IMG/VR virus record: IMGVR_UViG_2690316276_000005
DNA: 41,514 bases
Origin: a virus
Taxonomy: Duplodnaviria; Heunggongvirae; Uroviricota; Caudoviricetes
Reading direction: 5' to 3' (one strand)
Of the stretch, positions 1 to 8,816 are shown in pieces. The number at the start of each line of letters is the position of its first letter. Within the stretch, counting starts at the first letter, position 1. The notes beneath the pieces were generated by a model. The model was not told the origin of the DNA. It saw only the letters and a program-made list of their open reading frames with translations, and searched no databases. Made by a program: the position numbers and the translations under genes.

Positions 1-776
1 ACCTCGGTTTACGAGAACTCGGCACAAGCGGGGAGAAAATACCGTTACTCAGTACAGCGAATACCTGGACTAATCGACAAACATTCAGCGGTGGCCTTTC
101 TGGTGAACTATCCGGCAATGCTTCTACAGCTGCAAAATTAAAAACTGCCAGGAAAATAAGCAATGTGGCTTTTGATGGTTCCTCCGATATCACATTAAAA
201 GCAAGTCATGTTGGTGCGTTTGCCTTAGGGAAAACAGGAAGCACCGTTGCGAATGATAAAGCAGTTGGATGGAACTGGAGTAGCGGAGCCTATAACGCAA
301 CTATTAGTGGTGCATCAACGTTAATTATTCATTTTTATATGGGAGAAGGAAGTTGTCCTGCAGCTCAGTTTCGGATTAATTATAAAAATGGCGGTATTTT
401 TTATCGTTCAGCCCGTGATGGTTATGGTTTTGAAGCCGACTGGTCCGAATTTTACACCACCAGAAAACCTTCAGCAGGAGATGTTGGTGCACTGCCGTTA
501 TCTGGTGGTCAACTGAATGGTGCACTGGGTATCGGAACATCCAGTGCTCTTGGCGGTAATTCGATTGTATTGGGTGATAATGACACGGGCTTTAAACAAA
601 AAGGCGATGGTAATCTGGATGTTTATGCTAATAACGTCCATGTTATGCGCTTTGTCTCCGGAAGCATTCAAAGTAATAAAACCATAAATATTACGGGACG
701 TGTTAATCCCTCGGATTACGGTAACTTTGATTCCCGCTATGTGAGAGATGTCAGACTTGGCACACGAGTTGTTTAG
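1..776 (+). CDS. Tail-fibre protein, C-terminal variable region (partial; reading frame is open from the window edge, GTG at 165 is only the ORF-caller start)
   Basis: Frame 0 is open from position 3; translation ...NASTAAKLKTARKISNVAFDGSS... then [18 protein letters not shown], matching the P2 H / lambda Stf C-terminal family. Ends at in-frame TAG 774-776; homology continues in the same frame to 926. Confidence 0.8.
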   Translation, partial: LGLRELGTSGEKIPLLSTANTWTNRQTFSGGLSGELSGNASTAAKLKTARKISNVAFDGSSDITLKASHVGAFALGKTGSTVANDKAVGWNWSSGAYNATISGASTLIIHFYMGEGSCPAAQFRINYKNGGIFYRSARDGYGFEADWSEFYTTRKPSAGDVGALPLSGGQLNGALGIGTSSALGGNSIVLGDNDTGFKQKGDGNLDVYANNVHVMRFVSGSIQSNKTINITGRVNPSDYGNFDSRYVRDVRLGTRVV

Positions 777-928
777 ACCATGAAGAAAGGCGTGATGTAT
801 GAAAAATCAGGCCATGTAATCACGGGGCTTGGTATTATCGGTGAAGTCGATGGTGATGATCCGGCAGTATTCAGACCAATACAAAAGTTAATTAACGGAA
901 CATGGTATAACGTATCGCAGGTATAATC

Positions 929-1344
929 ATGCAGCATTTAAAAAACATTGTCGCAGGTAATCCAAAAACCGTTGAACAATACCAGCTAACAAAGAATTTT
1001 GATGTTATCTGGTTATGGTCCGAAGATGGAAAAAATTGGCATGAGGAATTAAAAAACTTTCAGGAGGATACAATAAAACTGGCTTACACAGTTGAGGGAA
1101 TAATTATTGCTATAGACAAGGATGTATCAGCAATTAATCCAGAAGGTTTAAGTGTCGTTGAGTTGCCTGATATTACAGCAAATCGCCGGGCTGATATTTC
1201 GGGCAACTGGATGTTCAAAGATGGTGCGGTGATAAAGCGAACTTATACCGAGGAAGAGCAAAGGCAACAAGCGGAAAATGAAAAGCAGAGCCTGCTGCAG
1301 CTCGTCAGGGATAAAACCCAGCTGTGGGACTCTCAGCTACAGNN
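929..1344 (+). pseudogene. tfa: Tail-fibre assembly protein (Tfa), 3' end truncated at IS boundary and NN
   Basis: [22 protein letters not shown]... is paralogous to the tfa ORFs at 2878 and 3647-4174. Starts 2 bp after the fibre stop. About 138 codons versus about 175-245 for the paralogs; abuts the IS left end at 1345. Confidence 0.75.
1343..1344. other. Ambiguous bases (NN) at IS left boundary
   Basis: Two N characters directly 5' of the IS terminal TGAGG. Confidence 0.95.
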
Positions 1345-1408
1345 TGAGGTAGCCTGAGTTTAACGGACACTCCTTCCTGAAATAGAATGGCATCAGAAGG
1401 AGCTAATA

Positions 1409-1711
1409 ATGAGCAGAAAAACCCAACGTTACTCTAAAGAGTTCAAAGCCGAAGCTGTCAGAACGGTTCTTGAAAATCAACTTTCGATCAGTGAAGGCGC
1501 TTCCCGATTATCTCTTCCTGAAGGCACTTTAGGACAATGGGTTACCGCCGCCAGAAAAGGGCTCGGTACTCCTGGTTCCCGCACGGTGGCTGAACTGGAA
1601 TCTGAAATTCTGCAACTGCGTAAGGCGTTAAATGAAGCTCGCCTTGAGCGAGATATATTAAAAAAAGCAACAGCGTATTTTGCACAGGAGTCGCTGAAAA
1701 ATACGCGTTAA
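1409..1711 (+). CDS. IS3-family transposase OrfA (HTH / leucine-zipper part)
   Basis: MSRKTQRYSKEFKAEAVRTVLENQ... is typical IS3-family OrfA. Confidence 0.85.
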   Translation: MSRKTQRYSKEFKAEAVRTVLENQLSISEGASRLSLPEGTLGQWVTAARKGLGTPGSRTVAELESEILQLRKALNEARLERDILKKATAYFAQESLKNTR

Positions 1712-1746
1712 TCGAACAATGGCGACAACAATTTCCCATTGAAGCG

Positions 1747-2565
1747 ATGTGTCAGGTATTTGGTGTATCCAGGAGCGGTTATTACAACTGGGTACAGCAT
1801 GAACCCTCAGACAGAAAACAAAGTGATGAGCGGCTAAAACTGGAGATTAAGGTGGCACATATCCGCACTCGCGAAACATATGGAACCCGGCGGCTCCAGA
1901 CGGAGCTGGCAGAGAATGGCATCATCGTTGGTCGTGACCGACTGGCACGTCTTCGTAAGGAGCTAAGGCTACGCTGTAAGCAGAAACGCAAGTTCAGAGC
2001 GACTACGAACTCGAACCACAATCTGCCAGTTGCGCCAAATCTGCTGAACCAGACGTTCGCTCCTACAGCACCAAATCAGGTCTGGGTGGCGGACCTGACG
2101 TATGTTGCCACACAGGAGGGATGGTTGTACCTCGCTGGCATCAAAGATGTTTATACGTGCGAAATTGTCGGCTACGCCATGGGAGAGCGCATGACAAAAG
2201 AGCTGACAGGTAAAGCCCTGTTTATGGCGCTCAGGAGCCAGCGCCCACCTGCCGGGCTAATCCACCACTCTGATCGAGGTTCACAGTACTGCGCATACGA
2301 TTACCGGGTCATACAGGAGCAGTCTGGTCTGAAAACATCAATGTCGCGTAAAGGTAACTGTTACGACAACGCTCCGATGGAAAGCTTCTGGGGAACGCTG
2401 AAAAATGAGAGCCTGAGCCACTATCGTTTTAATAACCGGGATGAAGCCATCTCAGTAATACGGGAATACATTGAGATTTTCTACAATCGTCAGCGTCGTC
2501 ACTCTCGTCTGGGGAATATCTCCCCGGCAGCCTTCAGGGAAAAATATCATCAGATGGCTGCTTAA
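1747..2565 (+). CDS. IS3-family transposase OrfB (DDE catalytic part; normally made as an OrfAB fusion by -1 frameshift)
   Basis: Integrase-core motifs (...WVADLTYV..., HSDRGSQY, ...NRQRRHSRLGNISP) in the frame that is -1 relative to orfA. Confidence 0.85.
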   Translation: MCQVFGVSRSGYYNWVQHEPSDRKQSDERLKLEIKVAHIRTRETYGTRRLQTELAENGIIVGRDRLARLRKELRLRCKQKRKFRATTNSNHNLPVAPNLLNQTFAPTAPNQVWVADLTYVATQEGWLYLAGIKDVYTCEIVGYAMGERMTKELTGKALFMALRSQRPPAGLIHHSDRGSQYCAYDYRVIQEQSGLKTSMSRKGNCYDNAPMESFWGTLKNESLSHYRFNNRDEAISVIREYIEIFYNRQRRHSRLGNISPAAFREKYHQMAA

Positions 2566-2608
2566 AAAAAGAACAAATGGTAGTGTCCGCTATTGCCAGT
2601 ACACCTCA

Positions 2609-2875
2609 GAGTTTTACACCACAACCCGCAAACCCTCTGCGGGAGATGTTGGTGCATATACGCAGGCAGAATGTAACTCAAGGTTTATTACAGGTATTCG
2701 CCTTGGTGGTCTGTTATCTGTTCAGACATGGAATGGTCCCGGATGGTCTGACAGGTCAGGTTATGTTGTTACCGGTTCCGTTAACTCAAACAGAGATGAA
2801 CTAATTGATACAACTCAGGCAAGGCCAATTCAGTATTGCATTAATGGGACGTGGTATAACGCGGGGAGTATTTAA
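2609..2875 (+). pseudogene. Tail-fibre C-terminal variable fragment (5' part missing, begins at IS right end)
   Basis: SEFYTTTRKPSAGDVGA...[16 protein letters not shown] parallels SEFYTTRKPSAGDVGA...INGTWYNV of the other fibres. The N-terminal part of ORF 2471-2875 is IS sequence. Confidence 0.7.
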
Positions 2876-2877
2876 CG

Positions 2878-3618
2878 ATGATGCACTTAAAAAACATTTC
2901 TGCTGGTAATCCTGAAACAAAAGAGCAATACCAGCTAACGAAACAATTTAACATCAAATGGCTTTATACAGAGGATGGGAAAAACTGGTATGAGGAACAA
3001 AAGAACTTTCAGCCTGATACGTTGAAAATGGTCTATGACCACAACGGCGTTATTATTTGTATTGAAAAGGATGTTTCAGCAATTAATCCGGAAGGCGCAA
3101 GCGTCGTTGAGGTTCCTGATATTACAGCAAATCGCCGGGCTGATATTTCGGGCAACTGGATGTTCAAAGATGGTGCGGTGATAAAGCGAACTTATACCGA
3201 GGAAGAGCAAAGGCAACAAGCGGAAAATGAAAAGCAGAGCCTGCTGCAGCTCGTCAGGGATAAAACCCAGCTGTGGGACTCTCAGCTACAGCTGGGCATC
3301 ATTTCNNNNNNNNNNNAGGTTCCTGATATTACAGCAAATCGCCGGGCTGATATTTCAGGTAAATGGATGTTCAAAGATGGCGTAGTGATAAAGCGAACTT
3401 ATACCGGGGAAGAGCAGAGGCAACAAGCGGAAAATGAAAAGCAAAGCCTGCTACAGCTCGTCAGGGATAAAACCCAGCTATGGGACTCACAGCTACGGCT
3501 GGGCATTATTTCCGACGAGAATAAACAAAAATTAACCGAGTGGATGCTCTATGCGCAGAAGGTCGAATCCACAGACACCTCCAGCCTGCCAGTAACGTTT
3601 CCCGAACAACCAGAATGA
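2878..3618 (+). CDS. tfa: Tail-fibre assembly protein (Tfa) with internal tandem duplication around an N-run
   Basis: [22 protein letters not shown]...; the block [60 protein letters not shown] occurs twice, separated by N 3306-3316. Confidence 0.7.
   Translation: MMHLKNISAGNPETKEQYQLTKQFNIKWLYTEDGKNWYEEQKNFQPDTLKMVYDHNGVIICIEKDVSAINPEGASVVEVPDITANRRADISGNWMFKDGAVIKRTYTEEEQRQQAENEKQSLLQLVRDKTQLWDSQLQLGIIXXXXXVPDITANRRADISGKWMFKDGVVIKRTYTGEEQRQQAENEKQSLLQLVRDKTQLWDSQLRLGIISDENKQKLTEWMLYAQKVESTDTSSLPVTFPEQPE
3306..3316. other. Assembly gap (11 N) inside tfa
   Basis: Run of N between two near-identical tandem copies. Confidence 0.95.
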
Positions 3619-3646
3619 AACAAGGCCCGATATCGGGCCTTAATTT

Positions 3647-4174
3647 TTACTCAGGCTTTTGTGGCCATTCTGGCTTTGCCGTATCCACACGGCTGACCAG
3701 AACACTGTAGCGTTCCCATGCTTCCAGTCGTGTGCGTTCCTCGTCTGTTGCCATATTCAGCCTGACAGCGCGTTCCAGCGGCTGGATGACTGATTCAGCT
3801 TCGGAAAGCAATGCGGCCTTTTGTGATTCGGCCTGTTGTTGCTGTTCGTCAGCCGTATAAATCCGTTTAACCACAGCTCCGTCCTTAAACATCCACTTAC
3901 CGGAATCATCAGCACGACGATTAGCTGTAATATCAGGAACCTCAACGACGCTATAACCTTCAGGGTTAAGCGTGGAGGCATCTTTGGTGATGGCGACAAT
4001 AATATTATTTGCATCGTAAACAATCTTTATTGTGTCTGGCTGAAAGTTCTTCACTTCCTCATACCAGTTTTTTCCGTCCTCAGAGTAAAGCCAGATGACT
4101 CCGTGCTTCTTTGTTAACTCATACTGCTCCACTGTTTTAGCATTACCTGCTTTTATGTTCTTTAAGTGCATCAT
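3647..4174 (-). CDS. tfa: Tail-fibre assembly protein (Tfa)
   Basis: [22 protein letters not shown]... paralogous to the plus-strand tfa copies. ATG lies 1 nt after the stf stop. The ORF-track extension to 4207 overlaps stf and is unlikely to be real. Confidence 0.85.
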   Translation of the reverse strand: MMHLKNIKAGNAKTVEQYELTKKHGVIWLYSEDGKNWYEEVKNFQPDTIKIVYDANNIIVAITKDASTLNPEGYSVVEVPDITANRRADDSGKWMFKDGAVVKRIYTADEQQQQAESQKAALLSEAESVIQPLERAVRLNMATDEERTRLEAWERYSVLVSRVDTAKPEWPQKPE

Positions 4175-4175
4175 A

Positions 4176-7079
4176 TTAAATACTCGCCACATTATACCAA
4201 GTGCCATTTATATACTTTTGCACTGGCCTGTAATGAACGCCTGCAATATTATCGGCAGAGTTTTTTCCGGTATCCTGTACGTTAATCCCCGTCAGTACAT
4301 AGCCTGACGGGCACTGAAAATTCCATGTTTGCCAGTTGTTCACTCCATAATATTGCTGTGAACCAAGTCGAACATCTTTCACATATCTGGAATCAAAATT
4401 GCCATAGTTGCCGGGAATAACTTGCGAGCCGCAAAGCCAGTTCCCGTTATTATCCATGTACGCCTGACCATCGGTGCCATTGGCTGTCCTTGAGTTATTA
4501 ATCATGTAGATGCCAAATTGCTTATTTCCCAGACCGCCAATCATAAATTTGCGGTCGGCATGGTCCTGACGGAGCAAAGCCTGAGCACCATCAGTGGATA
4601 CCGCATTACGTCCCAAAATAACATTCTGGTCACGCATATGAATCCACATGCCGGTACTACTGTTAATTGCAAAACGGTTTGCAAATATATCCCCTGTAAC
4701 ATCAAGACCATGCCCCATGCTTATCCGGCCAGTTCTGAGATTAAGCGTAAAGGGGCGTAGTGGCCCTATATTACCATTTTCCCCTTCATTCTCTCGTGTA
4801 GGGATGATATGCAGGCATTCTTCAGAACGACGAAAAATGGCACCAAAAGATGAATTAAATATCCTCAGTGCATTGACTGTCGATATTTTCACTTCACTGC
4901 TGAAAAGGGCTTCAACAAGAACAGACAAAGCATTCCATTTAAGATTCATCAGGTCTTTAGGCCGGGTGCCAATGATGCGGTGTCTCCATTTGAAATATTC
5001 ATTGCCGTTGTTGCCTGTTTCAAACCACATGTAGGAATCGGTGTCTGCATCCGAATTATTTTTAAACCCAATCTTTGCCCAGTCAGTATTTCGAATCCAG
5101 GCAAGGATTGAGTCGTTTTCAAAAGTAAGTCCACCGGACAACGTATCGCCATTTTTTTGCACGGCGTTACCAGCCTTGTTTACCGTTTCCTGTAAACCGA
5201 GGTATTCGATAACGGCGGCAACGGTCGATTTCGCAAGAATATCCCGCCCGACTTTTGTCAGGGTTGCCAGGCTGGCGACATCATTCCCCGTAAAATACGG
5301 AAACTTGCCTGCCGCAGTAGTAAGTCCGGCCAGCGCCGTCAGGGTGGCATCTTTCGGTTGCTTACCCGCAAGCGCGTTAGTCATGGTGGTCGCAAAATTC
5401 GGGTCGTTGCCCAGCGCCGCAGCCAGCTCGTTCAGCGTGTTCAGTGCATCAGGTGACGAATCTACAAGGGCGGCAATCGCAGCCATAACGAAAGCCGTGC
5501 TTGCGATTTGGGTATTATTCGTTCCCTGTCGCGCAGTTGGTGTTGTTGGCGTTCCGGTCAGTGCAGGACTATTTAAGGGCGCTTTCTTGTTCGTTTCACC
5601 CATTACCGCCTTAACCGCTTTTGGCGTTGCCGCCAGTGACTCGGAAGTGCTGTTGGTCGCACTGCTGAGCTGTACTATCCCCTTTTTCGTCGTGCTCGCA
5701 TCCTCAAGCGCCACGGCGGATGCAATATCCTCTGCCCGTTTTGCTGCTGTCTCGGCGCGCGTTGCCGCGGATTCAGCAGCAACTTTGCTCTGAGATGCAG
5801 CCGTCGCACTGCCTGCCGCCTCTGATGCTTTCGTTGTTGCTGTCGTGGCACTACCTTTCGCTGCTGACGCTTGTCTGGTCGCCTCATCTTTTGAAGCAGA
5901 CGCAGATGATGCCGATGACGCCGCTGAACTGGCTGACGATGCGGCTGCTGCCTTAGAGGAAGCAGCATTGTCTGCTGAAGTCTTTGCATTTGTTTCAGAG
6001 GTTTTTGCTGCAGAAGCAGACCTCGCTGCTGCAGTGGCTTGCTCAGTGGCTTTGCCAGCCTTCGTTGTGGCTGTTGAAGCGGATGATGCGGCGCTTTCTG
6101 CCGATTTTCCGGCGGCGGTGGCACTGGCTGAGGCCTGCCCGGCACTTGTTGACGCGGCGCTGGCAGACGACGCAGCCGCTGTTTTTGAGCCTGCCGCAGC
6201 TGAGGCACTCTGTCCCGCTGCCGTTTCAGAAGACCTGGCGTTCGTCTCGGACGTTTTGGCCGCCTTCGCAGAATTTGCAGCCGCCGTCGCCGAGGAAGCT
6301 GCGCTACTGGCGCTTGATGATGCGTTCGTTTCTGATGATTTTGCCGCCTCTTTTGAAGCCGACGCATCCCGGGCTGAGGTGGCAGCTTCTGACGCTTTCG
6401 TGGTCGCGGTGGATGCAGAAGTGGCTGCTGATTGTTGTGACGCTGCCGCATTCGTTTCTAACGTTTTCGCCGCACCGGCACTGGTAGCCGCCGCGCTTTT
6501 TGAGGACTCTGCAGCGGCAGCACTTTTTGAGGCTTCAGTGGCCTTTGTTGATGCCGTTCCTGCGCTGGAAGACGCTGACTGAGCCGACGAAGCGGCCTGT
6601 CCGGCTGACGTGCTGGCTGCACGTGCTGAATCTGCAGCATCAGTCGCATGGGTTGCCGCCTCACGGGCTGATGTGCTGGCATCGCTGGCTGATTTCTTCG
6701 CGGCTGCCGTGTTCTGTGCCACCGCGGACGCGTTACGCGCCACCTCTTCCACCATCAGCTCAAAACGGCGCAGTGCCTCCGGACGGGCATCATCCTCCGT
6801 CATGGCACCGAGAAAATCATTCAGCGTACCGGGTCGGGAATCTTCATACACGGTGATGGTCCCGGCATGTGACGGCGGGAATCCTTCCACCAACAGAATA
6901 ACGCTGTACTGACCGTACTCAACGTCCATGCTGTAACGCCCGGCTTCATCCGGATTTTCTGAGGCCAGCGTGTTCACCACCACCGTGGTGCTGTTACGTT
7001 TTGCTTTCAGCTGGATTGTGCAGTTCTGTACCGGTTTTCCTGTGCCGTCTTTCAGTACACCTGAAATCTTTACTGCCAT
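4176..7079 (-). CDS. stf: Side tail fibre protein (lambda Stf-like N-terminus, long Ala/Ser/Thr-rich repeat region, P2 H-like distal part)
   Basis: N-terminus [26 protein letters not shown]... as in lambda Stf; central low-complexity A/S/T repeats; then [33 protein letters not shown]...[10 protein letters not shown]... shared with the P2-H-like fragment at 15804-16594; ends ...[13 protein letters not shown]. True ATG at 7077-7079 (ORF track starts at GTG 7085). Confidence 0.9.
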   Translation of the reverse strand: MAVKISGVLKDGTGKPVQNCTIQLKAKRNSTTVVVNTLASENPDEAGRYSMDVEYGQYSVILLVEGFPPSHAGTITVYEDSRPGTLNDFLGAMTEDDARPEALRRFELMVEEVARNASAVAQNTAAAKKSASDASTSAREAATHATDAADSARAASTSAGQAASSAQSASSSAGTASTKATEASKSAAAAESSKSAAATSAGAAKTLETNAAASQQSAATSASTATTKASEAATSARDASASKEAAKSSETNASSSASSAASSATAAANSAKAAKTSETNARSSETAAGQSASAAAGSKTAAASSASAASTSAGQASASATAAGKSAESAASSASTATTKAGKATEQATAAARSASAAKTSETNAKTSADNAASSKAAAASSASSAASSASSASASKDEATRQASAAKGSATTATTKASEAAGSATAASQSKVAAESAATRAETAAKRAEDIASAVALEDASTTKKGIVQLSSATNSTSESLAATPKAVKAVMGETNKKAPLNSPALTGTPTTPTARQGTNNTQIASTAFVMAAIAALVDSSPDALNTLNELAAALGNDPNFATTMTNALAGKQPKDATLTALAGLTTAAGKFPYFTGNDVASLATLTKVGRDILAKSTVAAVIEYLGLQETVNKAGNAVQKNGDTLSGGLTFENDSILAWIRNTDWAKIGFKNNSDADTDSYMWFETGNNGNEYFKWRHRIIGTRPKDLMNLKWNALSVLVEALFSSEVKISTVNALRIFNSSFGAIFRRSEECLHIIPTRENEGENGNIGPLRPFTLNLRTGRISMGHGLDVTGDIFANRFAINSSTGMWIHMRDQNVILGRNAVSTDGAQALLRQDHADRKFMIGGLGNKQFGIYMINNSRTANGTDGQAYMDNNGNWLCGSQVIPGNYGNFDSRYVKDVRLGSQQYYGVNNWQTWNFQCPSGYVLTGINVQDTGKNSADNIAGVHYRPVQKYINGTWYNVASI
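5187..5212. other. Gin/Hin/Cin/Pin-family crossover-like site (imperfect dyad) inside stf
   Basis: TTCCTGTAAACC GA GGTATTCGATAA: two 12-bp imperfectly inverted half-sites around a 2-bp core, resembling the Mu gix site as recalled. The reverse complement of window positions 1-17 (TTCTCGTAAACCGAGGT) matches it 15/17. Both lie at the EYLGL codons. Confidence 0.45.
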
Positions 7080-7115
7080 ATTCACCCCACAAAAAAGCCC
7101 GCCTGAACCGGCGGG

Positions 7116-7116
7116 N
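7116..7116. other. Single ambiguous base (N) at contig-like junction
   Basis: N within the hairpin just upstream of the stf start, at the start of an inverted duplication. Confidence 0.95.
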
Positions 7117-7272
7117 TGGTTCAGCGCGTATGCGATGGCGGGTGTGGCTTACAGCCGTGTGTCGACTTTTTCCGGGGATTATATCCGCGTAACTGACAAT
7201 AAGGGGAAAACGCACGATGTGCTGACCGGAAGTGATGACGGTCGCCACAGCAACACGTCTCTGGCGCACTGA
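7117..7272 (+). pseudogene. lom 3' fragment (inverted relative to intact lom)
   Basis: Plus-strand translation WFSAYAMAGVAYSRVSTFSGDYIRVTDNKGKTHDVLTGSDDGRHSNTSLAH matches an internal segment of the intact Lom at 8817-9416 (minus). Confidence 0.6.
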
Positions 7273-7334
7273 CGGTTTCATCGTGGGTGTCGGTTATAAA
7301 TTCTGATTAGCCAGGTAACACAGTGTTATGACAG

Positions 7335-7740
7335 CCCGCCGGTTCAGGCGGGCTTTTTTGTGGGGTGAATATGGCAGTAAAGATTTCAGGTGTACTGAAA
7401 GACGGCACAGGAAAACCGGTACAGAACTGCACAATCCAGCTGAAAGCAAAACGTAACAGCACCACGGTGGTGGTGAACACGCTGGCCTCAGAAAATCCGG
7501 ATGAAGCCGGGCGTTACAGCATGGACGTTGAGTACGGTCAGTACAGCGTTATTCTGTTGGTGGAAGGATTCCCGCCGTCACATGCCGGGACCATCACCGT
7601 GTATGAAGATTCCCGACCCGGTACGCTGAATGATTTTCTCGGTGCCATGACGGAGGATGATGCCCGTCCGGAGGCACTGCGCCGTTTTGAGCTGATGGTG
7701 GAAGAGGTGGCGCGTAACGCGTCCGCGGTGGCACTGGCTG
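7335..7740 (+). repeat. Inverted duplicate of the stf upstream hairpin and first ~123 codons
   Basis: 7335-7367 is the reverse complement of 7085-7115. 7371 onward encodes [10 protein letters not shown]...[11 protein letters not shown], identical to the N-terminus of the minus-strand stf. At about 7740 the sequence switches to a minus-sense stf copy, so ORF 7365-8189 is chimeric. Confidence 0.7.
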
Positions 7741-8665
7741 AGGCCTGCCCGGCACTTGTTGACGCGGCACTGGCAGATAATGCAGCCGCTGTTTTTGAAC
7801 CTGCCGCAGCTGAGGCGCTCTGTCCCGCTGCTGTTTCAGAAGACTTAGCGTTCGTCTCGGACGTTTTTGCCGCCTTCGCGGAATTTCCTGCCGCCGTTGC
7901 CGAGGAAGCTGCACTACTGGCACTTGATGATGCATTCGTTTCTGAAGATTTCGCTGCCTCTTTTGAGGCCGCCGCACCCCGTGCCGAGGTGGCAGCTTCT
8001 GACGCCTTCGTGGTCGCTGTGGATGCAGAAGTGGCTGCCGATTTTTGTGATGCTGCGGCATTCGTTTCTGACGTTTTCGCGGCACTGGCGCTGGTAGCTG
8101 CCGCGCTTTTTGATGACTCTGCAGCAGCACTTTTTGCTGCTTCACGGGCCTTTGTCGATGCCGTTCCTGCGCTGGAAGACGCTGACTGAGCCGACGACGC
8201 GGCCTGTCCGGCTGACGTGCTGGCGGCACGTGCTGAGGCTGCAGCATCGGTTGCATGAGTTGCCGCCTCGCTGGCTGATTTTTTCGCGGCTGCCGTATTC
8301 TGTGCAACCGCGGAGGCGTTACGTGACACCTCTTCCACCATCTGCTCAAAGCGGCGCAGTGCCTCCGGTCGGACATCATCCTCCGTCATGGCACCGAGAA
8401 AATCATTCAGCGTACCTGGTCTGGAACCTTCATAGACGGTAATGGTCCCGGCATGTGAAGGCGGAAAACCTTCAACCAGCAGGGTGACGCTGTACTGACC
8501 ATGCTCAACATCCATGCTGTAACGTCCGGCTTCATCCGGATTTTCAGAGGCCACCGTGTTCACCACCATCGTGCTGCTGGTTCGTCTGGCCTTCAGCACA
8601 ATGGTGCAGTTCTGTACTGGTTTTCCTGTGCCATCTTTAAGCACGCCAGAAATTTTTACTGTCAT
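7740..8665 (-). pseudogene. Second stf 5' copy (about 308 codons, diverged paralog), truncated at the inverted-duplication junction
   Basis: [58 protein letters not shown]... then A/S/T repeats. Roughly 90 percent similar at protein level to the stf N-terminus, with a DNA direct repeat of about 6115-7079. Confidence 0.65.
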
Positions 8666-8816
8666 ACTTTTCCACCAATAAAAAAAGCCCGCAGCAGTGA
8701 CGCCACGGGCTTCAGGACAGTGTAACTTTACGTTTCCTCAAACGCAGTTCACCCCATAAGGTGGATGAACCTGCGTATCATAACAATATTTACAGAAGAT
8801 AAATCGGCGTCTGTTG

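Larger units (their letters stand above)
1345..2608 (+). mobile_element. IS3-family insertion sequence, IS600-like, 1264 bp
   Basis: Terminal imperfect inverted repeats (TGAGGTAGCCTGAGTTTAACGGACAC at 1345; GTGTCCGCTATTGCCAGTACACCTCA ending 2608). orfA 1409-1711 and orfB 1747-2565 in the -1 frame, with an A7G slippery run at 1660-1667. orfB has the DDE region (HSDRGSQY...). Length equals that recalled for IS600. Confidence 0.85.

Noticed and set aside
2471-2608. N-terminal part of ORF 2471-2875
   Set aside because: This stretch is the 3' end of IS orfB and the IS right inverted repeat read in another frame; only 2609-2875 is a fibre fragment.
4175-4207. N-terminal extension [11 protein letters not shown] of the minus-strand tfa ORF
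   Set aside because: Overlaps the last codons of stf; the conserved Tfa N-terminus MMHLKNI starts at 4174, as in the paralogs.
5675-6582. Long Arg/Gln/Pro-rich and Ala/Asp-rich ORFs on both strands (5675-6451, 5845-6582, 5984-6487) and similar ones at 7594-8379 and 7867-8442
   Set aside because: Alternative-frame readings of the GCN/TCN-rich repeat DNA that encodes the Ala/Ser/Thr region of stf; extreme low-complexity composition; the stf frame alone carries conserved N- and C-terminal fibre domains.
5400-6700. Possible CRISPR-like periodicity in the stf repeat region
   Set aside because: The repeats are imperfect codon-level reiterations inside a continuous ORF, with no unique spacers between direct repeats and no cas genes in the window.
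7365-8189. 274-aa plus-strand ORF beginning [12 protein letters not shown]
   Set aside because: Only the first ~123 codons are real fibre sequence (inverted duplicate); the remainder is an antisense reading of the second stf copy. Treated as a duplication junction, not a gene.
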